A DNA stretch of 64,000 nucleotides from Diadema antillarum (lineage: Eukaryota), in NCBI RefSeq assembly GCF_040938485.1, contig NW_027271001.1, forward strand, positions 2,728,001 through 2,792,000. The letters are read 5' to 3'. The notes below the pieces were generated by a model. That model worked only from the letters and a program-made list of their open reading frames with translations, had not been told where the DNA came from and did no database searches. How positions within the stretch are numbered: position 1 is the first letter of the stretch; each line of letters begins with the position of its first letter. Of the stretch, positions 12,701 through 34,626 are shown piece by piece. The position numbers and the translations under genes were made by a program.

Positions 12701-15700
12701 CCTGCATTGTCCTATATACAGGCTTAATATTCCATTTGTTTGCAAAGGAAAGTGATATGCTATCACAGACGTGTAAAAGAGGAAACTGCTCTGTGAAGCT
12801 CAAAGTGTTTATTTAAAAAAAAAAGGATGAATACAAAAGATGAAGATTGAAATCATGAAATTATGAATACCAAAATGGCAACAGAATGTAGAATGGTAGG
12901 TTAGTTATCCACAGCTGCCCTCTGCACCTACATGGCACACACCATACATGGTGTACACACCAAAATGATAGTTCTTGAATTACACTCTTAAAGTGCAATG
13001 TAATAATTTATGCTTAAGACATACTTCACCTAAATGGATCTGATTTACATCATTACCTCTGTTGACTATTTAAAGTGCAAATTTGATTACAAGTAAGGAA
13101 AATGGAAGGCACAGAAAAGCCTTCTAGGTAAAATATTCTGTTGTCCTACAGATTTAGCACAGAAGGTAATTACACAGCTGTTGTATCATTCCAAGTTGAG
13201 CTGTGAGAACTCTTATCAGCCTGCTATCTTCAGTGTTGACATGGCAACTCACCATCCTCATGGTGATCACCTTCCTGGCCTCCACTCCTCTTCTTGACAC
13301 TGAAGAGCTCTTCCTTCATGGCCCCAGAAAGCACATCTAAAAAATCACAGAAGTAAGAGGTGTAGGAACAGGTGACATTAATATGTGAACTCACATGCTT
13401 TCTTACATAACAAAACTCACACAAAACTGCACAAGTCAATTTCCAAGCAGATCTCAAAATGTGCATTCTGGGGCACCAATGTTAATTTCTGAATTTTTGT
13501 ATTTTCTGAGTTAATGGTCCTTCCTCTATACAAATTCAAAATTTGAAAGTACAAAGCTTAATGAAAGTACGAGATTTTGTTTGTTTGTTTGTTTATTTAT
13601 TTGTTTTTGCAGACACTATTTTTTTTTTCTATATGATGTTTTCTTCATTGCTAATGCAGGAGGCACACGAAAGCGTACATGATGAATCTACACAAACTCT
13701 TTCATAATAAAAACGGGAAATTCATTCTTGGCAGTGGTCATAGATACCTAATAAACAAAGTGGTCCTAATGAAAAGTGGGACCCATCTTCTAATAGGACC
13801 TACAATATTTGGGCCACTTTGCTTTGCTTTGTGTTCGGATATCTCAGCCAATTCAAAACCGATTTTCATCTCACAAACTTTTAAATCCTCTTCAAATTGT
13901 ATGCTCTTTGATATTTCATATTAAGTGGTTTCATCTCGCATGAATACAAAACCTGAATCCCCATCTCAACCAAAACTATACCATCCCTTTAATTCCATCC
14001 TTATGCCATTGCACGACATCTTGTCATCAGATCTTGACCTTCAGGACTAACCTTAAATTTGCTTGGTCCTAAAATGAGACCAGTAAAATGCTTCATCAGT
14101 TTGTGATTGTACTAAGCTTTGAGTGAAACTTAGTAATTCTTAATCTTTCCTCTAAATCTGTTATATATTTAAAATTTGACCATTCATCCTTAATTGCAAC
14201 TTATATAAAATATTGCCATATCATATAACTTTGTACATACGACTCAGCTTCATCAAAGAACATCATACACTGTAACTAAATTTGATGAAAATCTAAACAT
14301 TGTTTAATGGTCATGCCCATTACATATAAATTGTACACAGTTCTTCATTTCATGTTCTGTTGGGCTACATTCCTTGGGAAGTGATGAGCAGGCAATTTAC
14401 TACACATTTCACTAGGTAATCATTCAAAACATTACAAAACACTCTTTACATCTGCATTCACACTTCATCTAAAACTTTACATTAATTCAGTCACACTTTA
14501 CATGTGCACCCCATTTTCAAGATGCAAGCAGTCATTTGCACTCATTATTTATTAGTAGAGAAGACTAACAGTTTAATAGCTCTCCAAAACTCTAAGCTCC
14601 AAGACTAGTTTAAAGTAAATGATTGGGTTTAACTTCACCCACGAACACAGACTACTGACATTTTCAAATTAGAGTATGACTAAGAAGGATTCCTGCCATC
14701 TTGGCCAGAGCAATGCACTAAAAACTTTTGGCCCCTTCTCACCTGTAAAGTACTGGCATCTTGCCCCCTGGAATCCAGCTGGACAGGCACACTGCTCAGG
14801 GGCCACACATGTCCCACCATTAGCACAGCCCAAGGTACACACAGCTGGATTGATACATGAAATGTATATATGTAAATAAGGCAAGTATGTATACATTGCA
14901 AATGTACACACAACTAGAATTCAAAGATAATATGTATGTATGTATGTTTGTATGTATGTACAAAGTATGTATGTATGTGCATATGTATGTATATGTATGT
15001 ATGTATGGAAACACCCAGAGGATAAAAGTCTATCAGAAGAGTTGATGTCATGTATCTACCATACTGAAAACAAATCAACAGCATAGACTTTGCTTTTCTT
15101 CACAGATAACCAATTACTGTCACTTGAAACCAACCAGAACTTCATCAGAAAATGTATAATTTATGGAATCATGTCATCTCAAAACCTACTGCATGCAGGT
15201 TCTGAGACAGGTGTGACATTAATTTTGCTCCTGATTAAAAAAATAATAATAATAAAGGAATTACATGTTTCTATATGATTATTGAGAAAAACTTGGTCTT
15301 TTAAACCTCATACCAACAGTTGTTTATATATTTTCTATAAAAAAATGGTGAAATGAAGGGGAAAAAAACAAATCTTTATCTTAAAGGGACAATACGGTTT
15401 TGGTTGAGATGGGGAATTCAAATTTGAACTTTCTACGAGATAATCAGAAACCACTTATGAAATGTGAAAGAGCATACAATTCTAAGAGGAATTCAAAGTT
15501 TACTTGACAAAGATCCCTTTTGAAACGGCTGAGATATCCAAAAACAAAGAAAAAAAAGTTGTCCCAATAAAAGATGGGTTCCACCTTCTTAATAAGACCT
15601 CTTGGTTTTTGATATATCTCAGCCATTTCAAAACTGATTTTCATCAAATAAACTTTGAATTACTTTTCGAATCGTATGCTCTTTCCTACTTCATAAGAGG

Positions 15701-17690
15701 TTTACTCATTATCTCATAACAGAGTTGGAAACCTGAAACCCCATCTCAACCTAAACTATACCACCCCTTTCAGTGGTTCCTCAAAACATGCAGAGGTTTA
15801 CGCATTCAAGTGAGTGAGCAGATGTACCTTCATCACAGAGGGATCCCTGGTAACCCGAGCAGCACTCTACAGTTGGGACAATAGTCTCCTTCTGACCAGT
15901 CCTATTCACAGGGGGCAATGGACAATACATGATATCATTTCATGACTTTTTATCAAATACCAGCCACTGATTGGACAAGCATGATGATCATGTGATGATG
16001 AAACATCTGATATCAAATAATGGAACAATGATATCACAGTGCAATTGATGTAACACATACTTTAGTCCATGCAATGCTGAAAAAAAAAGATGATAAATTA
16101 GAAAAAAATCAAACAACCAGAGCCCCAGCAAGGTTAAAGATGTATAGCATTTCAATCATTCAAATGTGACATTCTGCAGACTCCCTCCCCCATCAGGTTA
16201 TATCAACTGGCGCTATTTACATCTACTCTATGATAATCCCAATAGGGTGTTCACTTCTAAAAACATTGTTGACTATGGAAAGAAAAACAATTTATAAGAC
16301 AATGAAAATCCAAAGCCTGGTAGAATGAACAAAAATATAATGTTATTTTTCAAATTTATGGGCATCTCCAAAGAGTCGGGGCCCTGCAACATAAAGTGAC
16401 CTGTAAGTAATCCTCTAATACTTCATTCCAGCCATTTATTTGGGCAGTGACGATTGATCAACAGTTTTCTGACACATATTTGATGATCTCTGTTCAAAAC
16501 ATCTAGTATTTGAGGAGGGGACATGCTGGATAAAGCTTACCGCATGACTGGACAGAGGGTCACCCCGTCCACTTCATATGGGGTTGTGTCCTTGTCCAGG
16601 ATCCAGCCCTCAGATTTGACCTTGGGGTCACGGAGGTCACTACAGGGTAGGAGGCTGCGCTCGGTCACTTCCTGCTGGACCTTCTTGGAGCCTTCACAGA
16701 ATCGTGACCTGGATAAAATATAGAATCCAGTATGGTTACCAGTCATTCCAGACAAGGCTCACTGGATGTCATGAGCTAATAATAACATAATACATACAAT
16801 TTCTATGGCGCCGTTTTCCACTCTGATTAAATGCTCAAGGCGCTTTACACCAAAGCAAAAAGACTGACAATATATGCACCATAAAAGAAGAAGATGAAAA
16901 AAAAGACATGAAAGTCTGTCTCCAAAACACACTGTGAAATAAACAGGATTTTACGTGGGAAAGATTGCTTCTTTTTTGTTTTCCTGGAGATATGTAATGA
17001 GACAATCATATGTTATCAAATTGCAAACATTTCACTACTCTCTGACATCGTTTAAAAAACAGCTATACTCAGGTGACTGTTTTAGCCAAAGTATTTATTG
17101 TGTAGAAGAATAAAAAAGAAAAAGCAGAATTTGAGGAGCACATATCTTTATCTCAATGTTCAATATGAAACATGTGAAGCCCTTGACTTTCAGCTCTTAT
17201 ACACAAATTCTTGATAGTTGGATTACATTTACACATCCCAAAGGTCTGGCTACAAGCAGTATACCAAGTTGACAGCTAATAATATGAAGAGATGTACTGT
17301 ATAAGCTGTTATGTTCATGTACAGATATTTTCACAAATGAGTTCATGGACATTTTCGCGAGATGCCGTTTCCATGCATTGACACTGAGGCTATGGTAAGT
17401 GCGCTATTACCCTTGCATGTGGCAACATTTTCGAGTGTTGTTAAATTCACAGTCCAACAGTGATTCGAGAAATTCGCAAAAATTATACCTTCCTGAAAAT
17501 AACAGCTACTACAGTATTTATCATAGTTACTGATATTCTGCTAAATTCAGAAGAACAGCATTGAACTGTGGAAATCACAAAATCAAAGTCATCCAAGAAC
17601 AGACACTTACTCTGCCTGAGCTTGTGGGTGACATCCTCCGAGTACCAGCATGGCGATGGCCACTGGTACACACCATTGCAGGAAGGACAT
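430..17690 (-). CDS. SSPO: SCO-spondin orthologue, 5' part (14 coding exons, about 1589 aa; gene continues beyond the left edge of the window)
   Basis: The exons 17611-17690, 16541-16708, 15828-15901, 14743-14844, 13253-13336, 7322-10266, 6613-6712, 5718-5876, 4358-4440, 3562-3681, 2814-2976, 1942-2185, 1192-1330 and 430-735 all have GT-AG boundaries and matching phases (4767 nt in total). The domain order is signal peptide-EMI-EGF-repeat-vWD-C8-TIL-vWC-like-vWD. The motifs [21 protein letters not shown]...LLPC...GWILD...LCP...[24 protein letters not shown] and VRRASS match my recollection of vertebrate SCO-spondin. Confidence 0.87.
1192..1330 (-). CDS. SSPO: SSPO exon 13, end of vWC-like segment and start of vWD2 ([10 protein letters not shown]...[29 protein letters not shown])
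   Basis: GDPHYxTFD vWD start motif, TTTTCAG acceptor, GAG|GTACAC donor. Confidence 0.92.
1942..2185 (-). CDS. SSPO: SSPO exon 12, TIL domain ([20 protein letters not shown]...[10 protein letters not shown]...[22 protein letters not shown])
   Basis: TIL Cys pattern, phase 1-2 GT-AG boundaries. Confidence 0.92.
2814..2976 (-). CDS. SSPO: SSPO exon 11, C8 domain ([15 protein letters not shown]...[27 protein letters not shown])
   Basis: The C8 signature C..L.AY...C......WR...C, donor C|GTAAGT. Confidence 0.9.
3562..3681 (-). CDS. SSPO: SSPO exon 10, start of C8 ([40 protein letters not shown])
   Basis: Phase 0-0, TTGAAAG acceptor, GAT|GTGAGT donor, C...L...F..CH pattern. Confidence 0.85.
4358..4440 (-). 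CDS. SSPO: SSPO exon 9, end of vWD1 ([28 protein letters not shown])
   Basis: ACAACAG acceptor, GAG|GTAAGA donor, resembling the FxxSW end-of-vWD motif. Confidence 0.82.
5121..5645 (+). mobile_element. Helentron-associated (HINE/DINE-1-like) non-autonomous element
   Basis: 5' hairpin GCACTCT-G-AGAGTGC, subterminal IR ACCTCCACCAGG / CCTTGGCGGACGT, and an ACAAAC microsatellite before the 3' end. The family assignment is an inference. Confidence 0.5.
5718..5876 (-). CDS. SSPO: SSPO exon 8, vWD1 (GISLKKAG...WDSNMTVYV...[14 protein letters not shown])
   Basis: The vWD GLCG motif, phase 1-1 GT-AG boundaries. Confidence 0.9.
6441..6573. mobile_element. PIF/Harbinger-like MITE
   Basis: TIR GGGCCCTGTTGCATAAAA / TTTTATACAACAGGGCCC, TGA on both flanks. 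A partial relative lies near 16379. Confidence 0.72.
6613..6712 (-). CDS. SSPO: SSPO exon 7, vWD1 ([33 protein letters not shown])
   Basis: TTTTATGACAG acceptor, G|GTAAAT donor, phase 0-1. Confidence 0.8.
7322..10266 (-). CDS. SSPO: SSPO exon 6, giant exon: Ser/Lys/Glu tandem repeat, Pro/Thr spacer and start of vWD1
   Basis: Stop-free ORF 7256..10246 that extends to an acceptor at AAATCTAG|AT (10266), with donor TTCAAG|GTAAGT at 7322. It ends with the vWD motif [27 protein letters not shown]. Confidence 0.88.
7840..10240 (-). repeat. Coding tandem repeat of about 32 units of 66-69 bp (22-23 aa; consensus [23 protein letters not shown]) with degenerate flanks
   Basis: Units were aligned by eye from the translated ORF 7256..10246. 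Confidence 0.9.
13253..13336 (-). CDS. SSPO: SSPO exon 5, short linker ([28 protein letters not shown])
   Basis: TTTTTTAG acceptor, G|GTGAGT donor, phase 1-1, open frame. There is no domain signature, so inclusion is inferred from the splice signals. Confidence 0.65.
13755..13988. mobile_element. Right half of the same Kolobok-like MITE family
   Basis: ATATCTCAGCC...CCCCATCTCAACCAAAACTATACCATCCCT|TTAA; the left end is missing. Confidence 0.7.
14743..14844 (-). CDS. SSPO: SSPO exon 4, EGF-like domain ([34 protein letters not shown])
   Basis: Six-Cys EGF pattern, phase 1-1, ATCCAG acceptor and G|GTGAGA donor. Confidence 0.88.
14933..15006. repeat. (TATG)n microsatellite
   Basis: Read directly. 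Confidence 0.9.
15385..15768. mobile_element. TTAA-flanked Kolobok-like MITE (384 bp)
   Basis: TTAA|AGGG...CCCT|TTCA ends and long internal inverted arms (GCTGAGATATC / ATATCTCAGCC). Confidence 0.8.
15828..15901 (-). CDS. SSPO: SSPO exon 3, end of the EMI domain ([24 protein letters not shown])
   Basis: GAATAG acceptor, G|GTACAT donor, CCxGY-G-xC EMI signature. Confidence 0.85.
16541..16708 (-). CDS. SSPO: SSPO exon 2, EMI domain N-terminal part ([22 protein letters not shown]...TLCPVMR)
   Basis: TTTTATCCAG acceptor, CG|GTAAGC donor, phase 2-2. Confidence 0.88.
16778..16850 (-). mobile_element. L2/CR1-type 3' tail of a LINE or SINE
   Basis: The minus strand reads GTAAAGCGCCTTGAGCAT...AACGGCGCCATAGAAAT...TTATTATT, the typical stem-loop plus (TTA)n tail. 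Confidence 0.55.
17295..17516. mobile_element. TACTGTA...TACAGTA MITE, about 220 bp
   Basis: Termini TACTGTATAAGCTG / CAGCTACTACAGTA with internal TTTTCGCG motifs. Confidence 0.7.
17611..17690 (-). CDS. SSPO: SSPO exon 1, signal peptide [26 protein letters not shown](E)
   Basis: ATG at 17690, a hydrophobic core, and donor GA|GTAAGT in phase 2 matching the next exon. The frame differs from the listed ORF 17483..17773. Confidence 0.8.
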
Positions 17691-17841
17691 TCTTCCAGTA
17701 CACTCGTCACTGGCACCTGCAACTTTTCTCTTCTAACAAATCTCATACAGTTTCTGGCAGTGTTTGTCTCCAATATACTCGGTGAAATACTTGCTCACAG
17801 TGACCACAGAAACTCCTCTTGTGTGCGGAGTTGTCTTCACA

Positions 17842-17879
17842 AATGATTGCAAGTTGCTCCTACACTGCTCTTTTATTAT
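17842..17879 (-). promoter_or_regulatory. Candidate SSPO core promoter (TATA-like ATAATAAAA about 30 nt upstream of an Inr-like TCATTT)
   Basis: Spacing and position 150-190 nt upstream of the ATG; motif match only. Confidence 0.25.
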
Positions 17880-19057
17880 CCAAAGGGTTGAATAATATCT
17901 CCAATTTGTGCCATTGTTCAAGCCGGATGTCAAAAACATTATTTACACACAAATTGATTAGCTTTGCCCTTTTCTGCATGTTCTGAATTCAATCAATTTT
18001 CAAGGCTCTTGGTGATTCTTAATTAGACTGACAGATTGTTGAATGGTGACAGCTGTAGTCAGAACTTGGTTTAAAGGAGTTTTGTGCAAACAACGTAATC
18101 ACTGCTGGCTGTGCTTTCGTAATGCGACATATGGTGTGATGTCAATTGTGACATTTCAGAAGCTGACTCTCAAAAGTTTGTTTCAAACATGAAAACAATG
18201 GGGTGTCAACAAATATGTTCAACTTATATCACAAGATTATATGATGCAGCAAATTGCATTAAATCAATGACCACACTAGCTCCTCCCAGGACATGTAACC
18301 ACAAACTTGCATAGCAAATATCAATTATTCAATATTTTCATTATCAGTTATTTAGTATAATTCATATTCATGACAATCTATCATTACCATCATTCTTTGA
18401 ATATTCTTTTTGTGCACTGTTTAATTAACTTAGTGGTTTGTCAGTCAGCTTATTCAATCAGAGTAATTTGGGGTTACAACTGCAATAGTAGTATACATCA
18501 TTTCCCACATTAGAAAACTTTAGGGCCAACCTCATTTCCTATTTCATCCTCTTGTAATATTTCAGCATTGAAAGAACGATGACAATAAATATACGGGTAT
18601 ACAAAATGGCACCTAGGGTGATGCAATTTTCAGTGAATGTCTTTATATCTATTCCAAATAAGTACATATTTTAGAGTTTCACACACGGTTCACCCTAGAA
18701 AGCTTTCTAGCAGGAAAGTGATGATATAATACTTCATTAATCAATTCTGATATATACTTTTGTCACAGTTTGCTAAATAATCACTTTGCTGCTTAAGCTT
18801 CTTTTGTGGTCTAAGTTCATATGATCACATCATCTTGTTTGAAAGATGCTAATAGGATATTGATAGCCATTCTACAAGTCCTTATGTATTTCTCTCACAA
18901 CAGCCACTTCCTAGCAGCTAGCTTTGACTTGGACAAAAAGTCTTTATACATTGTAGTGTGATACCCACAAAGAATGGTTAATTTCTATGTCAGTCTCAAA
19001 ACGTGTGCAAATTATCACATTATACCAGCAAAATATAAAATTCTGCAAGGATACTAA

Positions 19058-19063
19058 TTTATT
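19058..19063 (-). terminator. Candidate NSUN6 polyadenylation signal AATAAA
   Basis: An AATAAA on the minus strand about 167 nt downstream of the stop codon. Confidence 0.4.
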
Positions 19064-19229
19064 GTGAAAATTCTGCAGCCTTGTTCATTCATTTTTGTTC
19101 CATGATGATAGAGTTAAGCACTAATCACTTGGACATTATTTCTTGAAAATACACTGCCATACTCAAAAGGAAACTAACAAAATCAAAGGATTTTCAGACA
19201 GATGCCATTGCAAATGAAGAAGCACAAGG

Positions 19230-29591
<10,362 letters not shown>

Positions 29592-30014
29592 GGTGCGATG
29601 ACCAAACACGCGAGCATACATCGACAAACGCATAGCACTCACCTCCCTGGACTGTGCGATGCGTGTAGTGTGTGTGTTGTCGTCTGCATAAAACACCTTC
29701 GCCTAGTTTGTGCGAAAGCGTGCCTCTTTCACCGACCACGTATCATGTACCACACACACACACACAGTTGTAAACGGTTATCTGTGCTAGCCTTCATGTC
29801 GAAGAAATGTCTTGAACTTCTACTTTTGTGTGTATTAAAGATACTGTTTAAGACATTTCAATTTGCCTTCATTTTTCTGTTAAAAAAATAAAAAGGAGAG
29901 AGTAATCCCCCTTTTCACATATTCGACAATATAAGAGCAGATTGTTCTATGAATCTACAATTTTTCAAGTTCGTGTCTGAAAAGAGAATAGGCAATATGG
30001 GTGTCAACTTTTAT

Positions 30015-30066
30015 CCAATCATAACCCGTCGAGAAATTTTGGCGCGAAAAGCAAAATTGGCGCAGG
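30015..30066. promoter_or_regulatory. CCAAT box plus an overlapping double E2F site (TTTTGGCGCGAAAA, 30037-30050) upstream of NSUN6
   Basis: The reverse complement contains TTTCGCGCCAAA, the classic DHFR-type E2F element. A second TTGGCGC lies nearby. Confidence 0.4.
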
Positions 30067-30744
30067 AAGACCAATTGAAAGAGTGGCATGATATTTCATG
30101 TACGCAGAATCTGTGCTCACTCTAGTTTATACCATGTGCTGTGTGACGTGATAAGGCGATGTCATCACATCACAACTTTTTCATGCATAATATATTTGTT
30201 TGTATGTAGGCCTATGCGTGTATGCAGACCTATCATATAATACCATCTCTAGATCCGCATTAGCTGAAGTGGGAGTGATACCCCACCTCGTGATCTGTGC
30301 CCAGTAGTGTCCACAGTAAAAATATGGCATATTACATTATGACCACACGTGGTGTCAAACCTCTTTTCAAATTCATTGAGGAATGCTGGCATAAATCTAG
30401 CGATTAGTGGAAAATTATGATCATAAGGTACATTTCGACAGTGCAGCTAATAATAATATATATGCTACACTGTACTGCACTGCAATAGGAGAGTGAGAGT
30501 ATGTATCAACAGAGAAAATATATGTGATAATTATTCTCTGTTACAAAAATGCGGAAGACATTTACGAAAAAAAGGGGTATGATTTAGAATGATGAATGGA
30601 GGACATGATTGTTAGATGCACATTAATGGAGTTTGATAAAAAAAGAACGGTCAATCTGTTTATTGAATCCACATATATCTGAGATTATTTCCCCCTTAAG
30701 CAGCATAATGGACCATTTCTATCCCTCTTCCTGATATATAAAGG

Positions 30745-30960
30745 GACTACCGTGACACAGCGATGAAGACGGCAGATTCTCAATGGTGCAGGTCACTGGT
30801 TTGAATCCACTGATGGCAACGGTTGTACCTTATTCCGGGATCTTATTTTAAACAATAGTCTATACTCCTTCTGAGTGCAAGGGACTTAAACCGTTCGTCC
30901 AGTATAATAGCTTGCTCATAAGCATTTAAGTGCTTTCTTAATCATCATATATATACACAA
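30745..30960 (+). mobile_element. tRNA-derived SINE (degenerate)
   Basis: CCGTGACACAGCGATGAAGAC A-box region, GGTTTGAATCC B-box at 30798-30808, and a SINE-like tail. Confidence 0.5.
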
Positions 30961-31021
30961 GTAATCCAACCAAACAAGGAGACGCAAGCTCTGTCACTGT
31001 TATACTCCGTCCGAATCTCTT

Positions 31022-31258
31022 GCACTCTAAAAAAAGCATATAATAAATCCAACATTTTAGATTCTGTCACTCCTCGAACCTTTTGTAAATGTTAAATTTA
31101 ACACTCGAAATGTTGGATTAGCCGATTTTTTTTTTTTTTTTTTAGCTAAATGGTAAATCCAACATTCTGAGTGTCATGTTGAACATTTACACACGGTTCG
31201 AGGAGTGACGACATTTAGAATGTTGAATTTTACTAGCATTCCATTTTTTAGAATGTGC
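31022..31258. mobile_element. Foldback MITE with CACT ends (CACTA/EnSpm-like)
   Basis: GCACTCTAAAAAAA / TTTTTTAGAATGTGC ends and an internal IR GTCACTCCTCGAACC / GGTTCGAGGAGTGAC. Confidence 0.7.
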
Positions 31259-33470
31259 CCAATCGTCCGCGCATCCATAGTCAAAGTACACTTCGTGATT
31301 ATCGTAATTGTTTGTCTGAACAGACTGTGGCTAACGTCTGTGTTTGGCTTTGTGTGCTTCCACATAATTACTTTCATACTAGGATAAAGAGATCTGAATT
31401 GAATTGAATTAATCCCTCTTTTATTTCTCTTTTTTTCAGGACAACAACCGAATGAAACACATAACTGGATAAAAAGAATATAAAAATCATCAATATTCAA
31501 TTCGAAATAAATGAAGATAATCATACCATGGCAAATATTCGCTTTTATCGTCGTCATTATACAGTGTCAGATAAACTGCAAATCTTGGTAAGCTGCTTGG
31601 TTTAGTTTTATTTATGTTTTTTCTCTAAGTACTGTGACAACTTAACACAAAGTATGTAAAAATGTGAAAGATACAAATCAATATACGAATTGTAAATTTC
31701 ATAACAACACTGTCCCTGATAACATAATATCTATAGGGAAAATAGCGACATTGCTTTCCATGCAACTTTTTTTTTTCAAATAGAAACACTAAAATGTAAT
31801 GACAGTTGCACTTTTCAACATCTATTTTTATGCAGAAATACACGTTGAACCAACACCTTTCGGTGTTAAATGACCTCTTAATCCCTAATTCCAACATTCA
31901 TTCCTACCCAGCTCTCATTTTGACTGATTATCATTTCAAAAACCCTATTCGATTCAGTTCAATTCATTTTTTTCATTCTTCTTTTTCTAACAAGACATAA
32001 GACAGAATAAATCAGGAATTATATCATAAACGTGTATACATTCGACTTTGCAAAGGATAAATGATACAGATAAAGATATATGCATGCATTATACTGGCAA
32101 AAAAATACAGTCATGCTTCAGTTGAGAGAAAAAAAATGAGAGGTCCACTAAATAGCAATATTGTATATTGTGAACCGCTCAAAGAAAATCCTTATGAAAT
32201 ACCTATTTGCAAAATTAATACTGAGCACAAATATAATTTAAGCCAAGACGGAACAAAACAGGAGAAACACAACAACAACAATGACACGACTTGACAGAAT
32301 AGATGGAAAGAATGGAAGGAAAAAAAGAAAAAAGAGATCATTGTCTGAGCAAAAAAACAAAACAAAACAACAAAAAAAAACGATAACAAATCTTTGAAAC
32401 ATCATGTGGAATTCATGGAATACTTTGTAAGCTGGGTGCATGTAACGATAACAAGTGGGTTTTTTTTAGGATAAAAGTAAAGTATAACTACTTTAGTTAA
32501 TGAAATGTTCTAGACATTGGGTTCGTCATGTCTGCTTGATTTCCGGGCTAAAACGATTTTGGGTAATTCACGAGGTGATATAGTAACTATTATGTCGAAC
32601 GGCAAGTTTCTGTATATGTGAATACCGAGATTTCCGAGTCTAAGCGGTGCTCACTGATAATTTTCATGACTACATCAGAGCCACAATAGCTTAAGCATCA
32701 TGAACACTACTTGAAGAACACAGTCTTATAGATAGATCTTATTCATTAAGACTAAATTAAAAAGCATATAGATAGAAAAATGCTTTGGAAGTGACACCGC
32801 ACTTAATCAAAAGAAACACTCCTCACATTATCGTTTACAATTTACAAGGAGAATCTCTACAGTTCCGGCAACCGATGAATATCTACACTGTGGTAAGCAC
32901 AACTATAGTCGTCGATGGTGGCAGCATTGCCTTTTCCCCTCGCACATCTTGTGTATTTGTCATTTACTACTGCAATGTTGACAATCACGTGCTTCATTTG
33001 CTTGTTGTTACTTTCATCTTTGATATGCTGAATCTTCCAAATTTCTTCATGAAAAACGGAATTGAATTAGTTTAAAAAGTATATGTGTTCTTATTTCTTG
33101 CAACGATTTCTCTGTGAAATAATAAAATACAGGGTGATACAATACAATTTTTACAGCGCGAAATACCGATGATGTTCGTTATTCCATCTGAATCACATAA
33201 ATTCCGTGTACCGATTCGTTCGTCCGAAATAAAAAATTTGAGGAGTTATTCAAAAGGTTCGTTAAAAGGTTCGGACTGGCGAACCTTATTTCATGTTGGG
33301 ACCATTGAACCTTCGAAATATTGAAATGCCAACAGCAAAGAACATACCCAGTGATAATTTGTTTGCTTTTACTTGAACAGTAGGCTTATAATGAAATGTA
33401 CTTACCTCAAAACAAACAGCATTCAAGCATGTAGATATTAAAGTATCGTAATAAAGGTGTCACAATATAT

Positions 33471-33472
<2 letters not shown>

Positions 33473-33512
<40 letters not shown>
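33473..33512. repeat. (CA)n microsatellite
   Basis: Read directly. Confidence 0.95.
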
Positions 33513-33518
<6 letters not shown>

Positions 33519-33621
33519 CCTTTTTTATTTTTCAGTAATCTTTATTTGATTTGTGTAATTTCACTATAACAACATTCATCTTGAATGTGTAAACACAATG
33601 TACAAACAGCACACACAGACA

Positions 33622-33700
33622 CAAAACAAACAAAACAAAACAAAACAAAACAAACAAACAAACAAACAAACAAACAAACAAACAAGCTAACAAACAAACA
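33622..33700. repeat. (AAAAC)n/(AAAC)n microsatellite
   Basis: Read directly. Confidence 0.9.
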
Positions 33701-34328
33701 ACCTATAGAATTAAGTGGCCAGACAAAGTTTATGTGCCTGTATAATGCCATGGCATCGTTGTTACGGCAATTAGAATAAAAATCGAATCATTATGAATTC
33801 AATGAAAATCGCAGATCGTGCGACAGGATTTGTACGAAAGTTTCAGGTTAAGGTCAGATATCGATTGTAAGTGAATGTATGACTTGTTTTGGATAACATA
33901 TCATAATCCGATCATCTCCCTGATAAAGAAATAGTCTTATTATACATACAAGGGAGAGTTTCAACGTTATATGCTACGAGACAGATCTTGAAGATTACTC
34001 TAAAGATACTTGGAACATGTTTAGGCCTTTATGTTATAGGCCCACATATCTTCTCCTTAACGAGTTACATAACAACACAAATTGTAATCTTTATGGGGTG
34101 CTGGCAATATTCCGGAACTGTAGTTTAGAATAAAATGATTTTAAAATATTGAACGATAGACTTGTTTACTGTCACCACTTGCATATAATAGCGACATAAA
34201 ATCCAGTTTACATGCAGGGCTCTATAGATTGGTTTGATTCAGGGTATAAGAAAAGTTCCCTCTTGGATTTCGAGATTGAAAACTAACATGTTCATTCTCT
34301 TACAAGAATAAAAAAGATCTTTTGGAAA

Positions 34329-34329
<1 letters not shown>

Positions 34330-34364
<35 letters not shown>
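34330..34364. repeat. (TA)n microsatellite
   Basis: Read directly. Confidence 0.95.
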
Positions 34365-34367
<3 letters not shown>

Positions 34368-34375
34368 TATGTATA

Positions 34376-34626
34376 TATGAAGAGTTTGTTCGCAAAAACC
34401 GATAAGTCCATATTTGCCAAATGGAGATATTTGCGATTAAAGGTCAAGAAAAATAAAGAGAATAGTAAGAAAATTTTTGCTTCTTTTGACCATAACTTAA
34501 AAAATGTACCTTTATGTAGTGACCAATATATCATTTACAAGGTATTATTTTGTACCTTATGACAGAGACCGTACTTCAAAATCTTCAAAAATGGTCTTAT
34601 CGGTTTTTGCGAACAAACTCTTCATA
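34376..34626. mobile_element. MITE with perfect 31-bp TIRs inserted beside a (TA)n tract
   Basis: TATGAAGAGTTTGTTCGCAAAAACCGATAAG and its exact reverse complement at 34596-34626. Confidence 0.88.

Noticed and set aside
17483-17773. 96-aa ORF as SSPO coding sequence
   Set aside because: Wrong frame. The signal-peptide frame starting at 17690 is the one whose phase matches exon 2.
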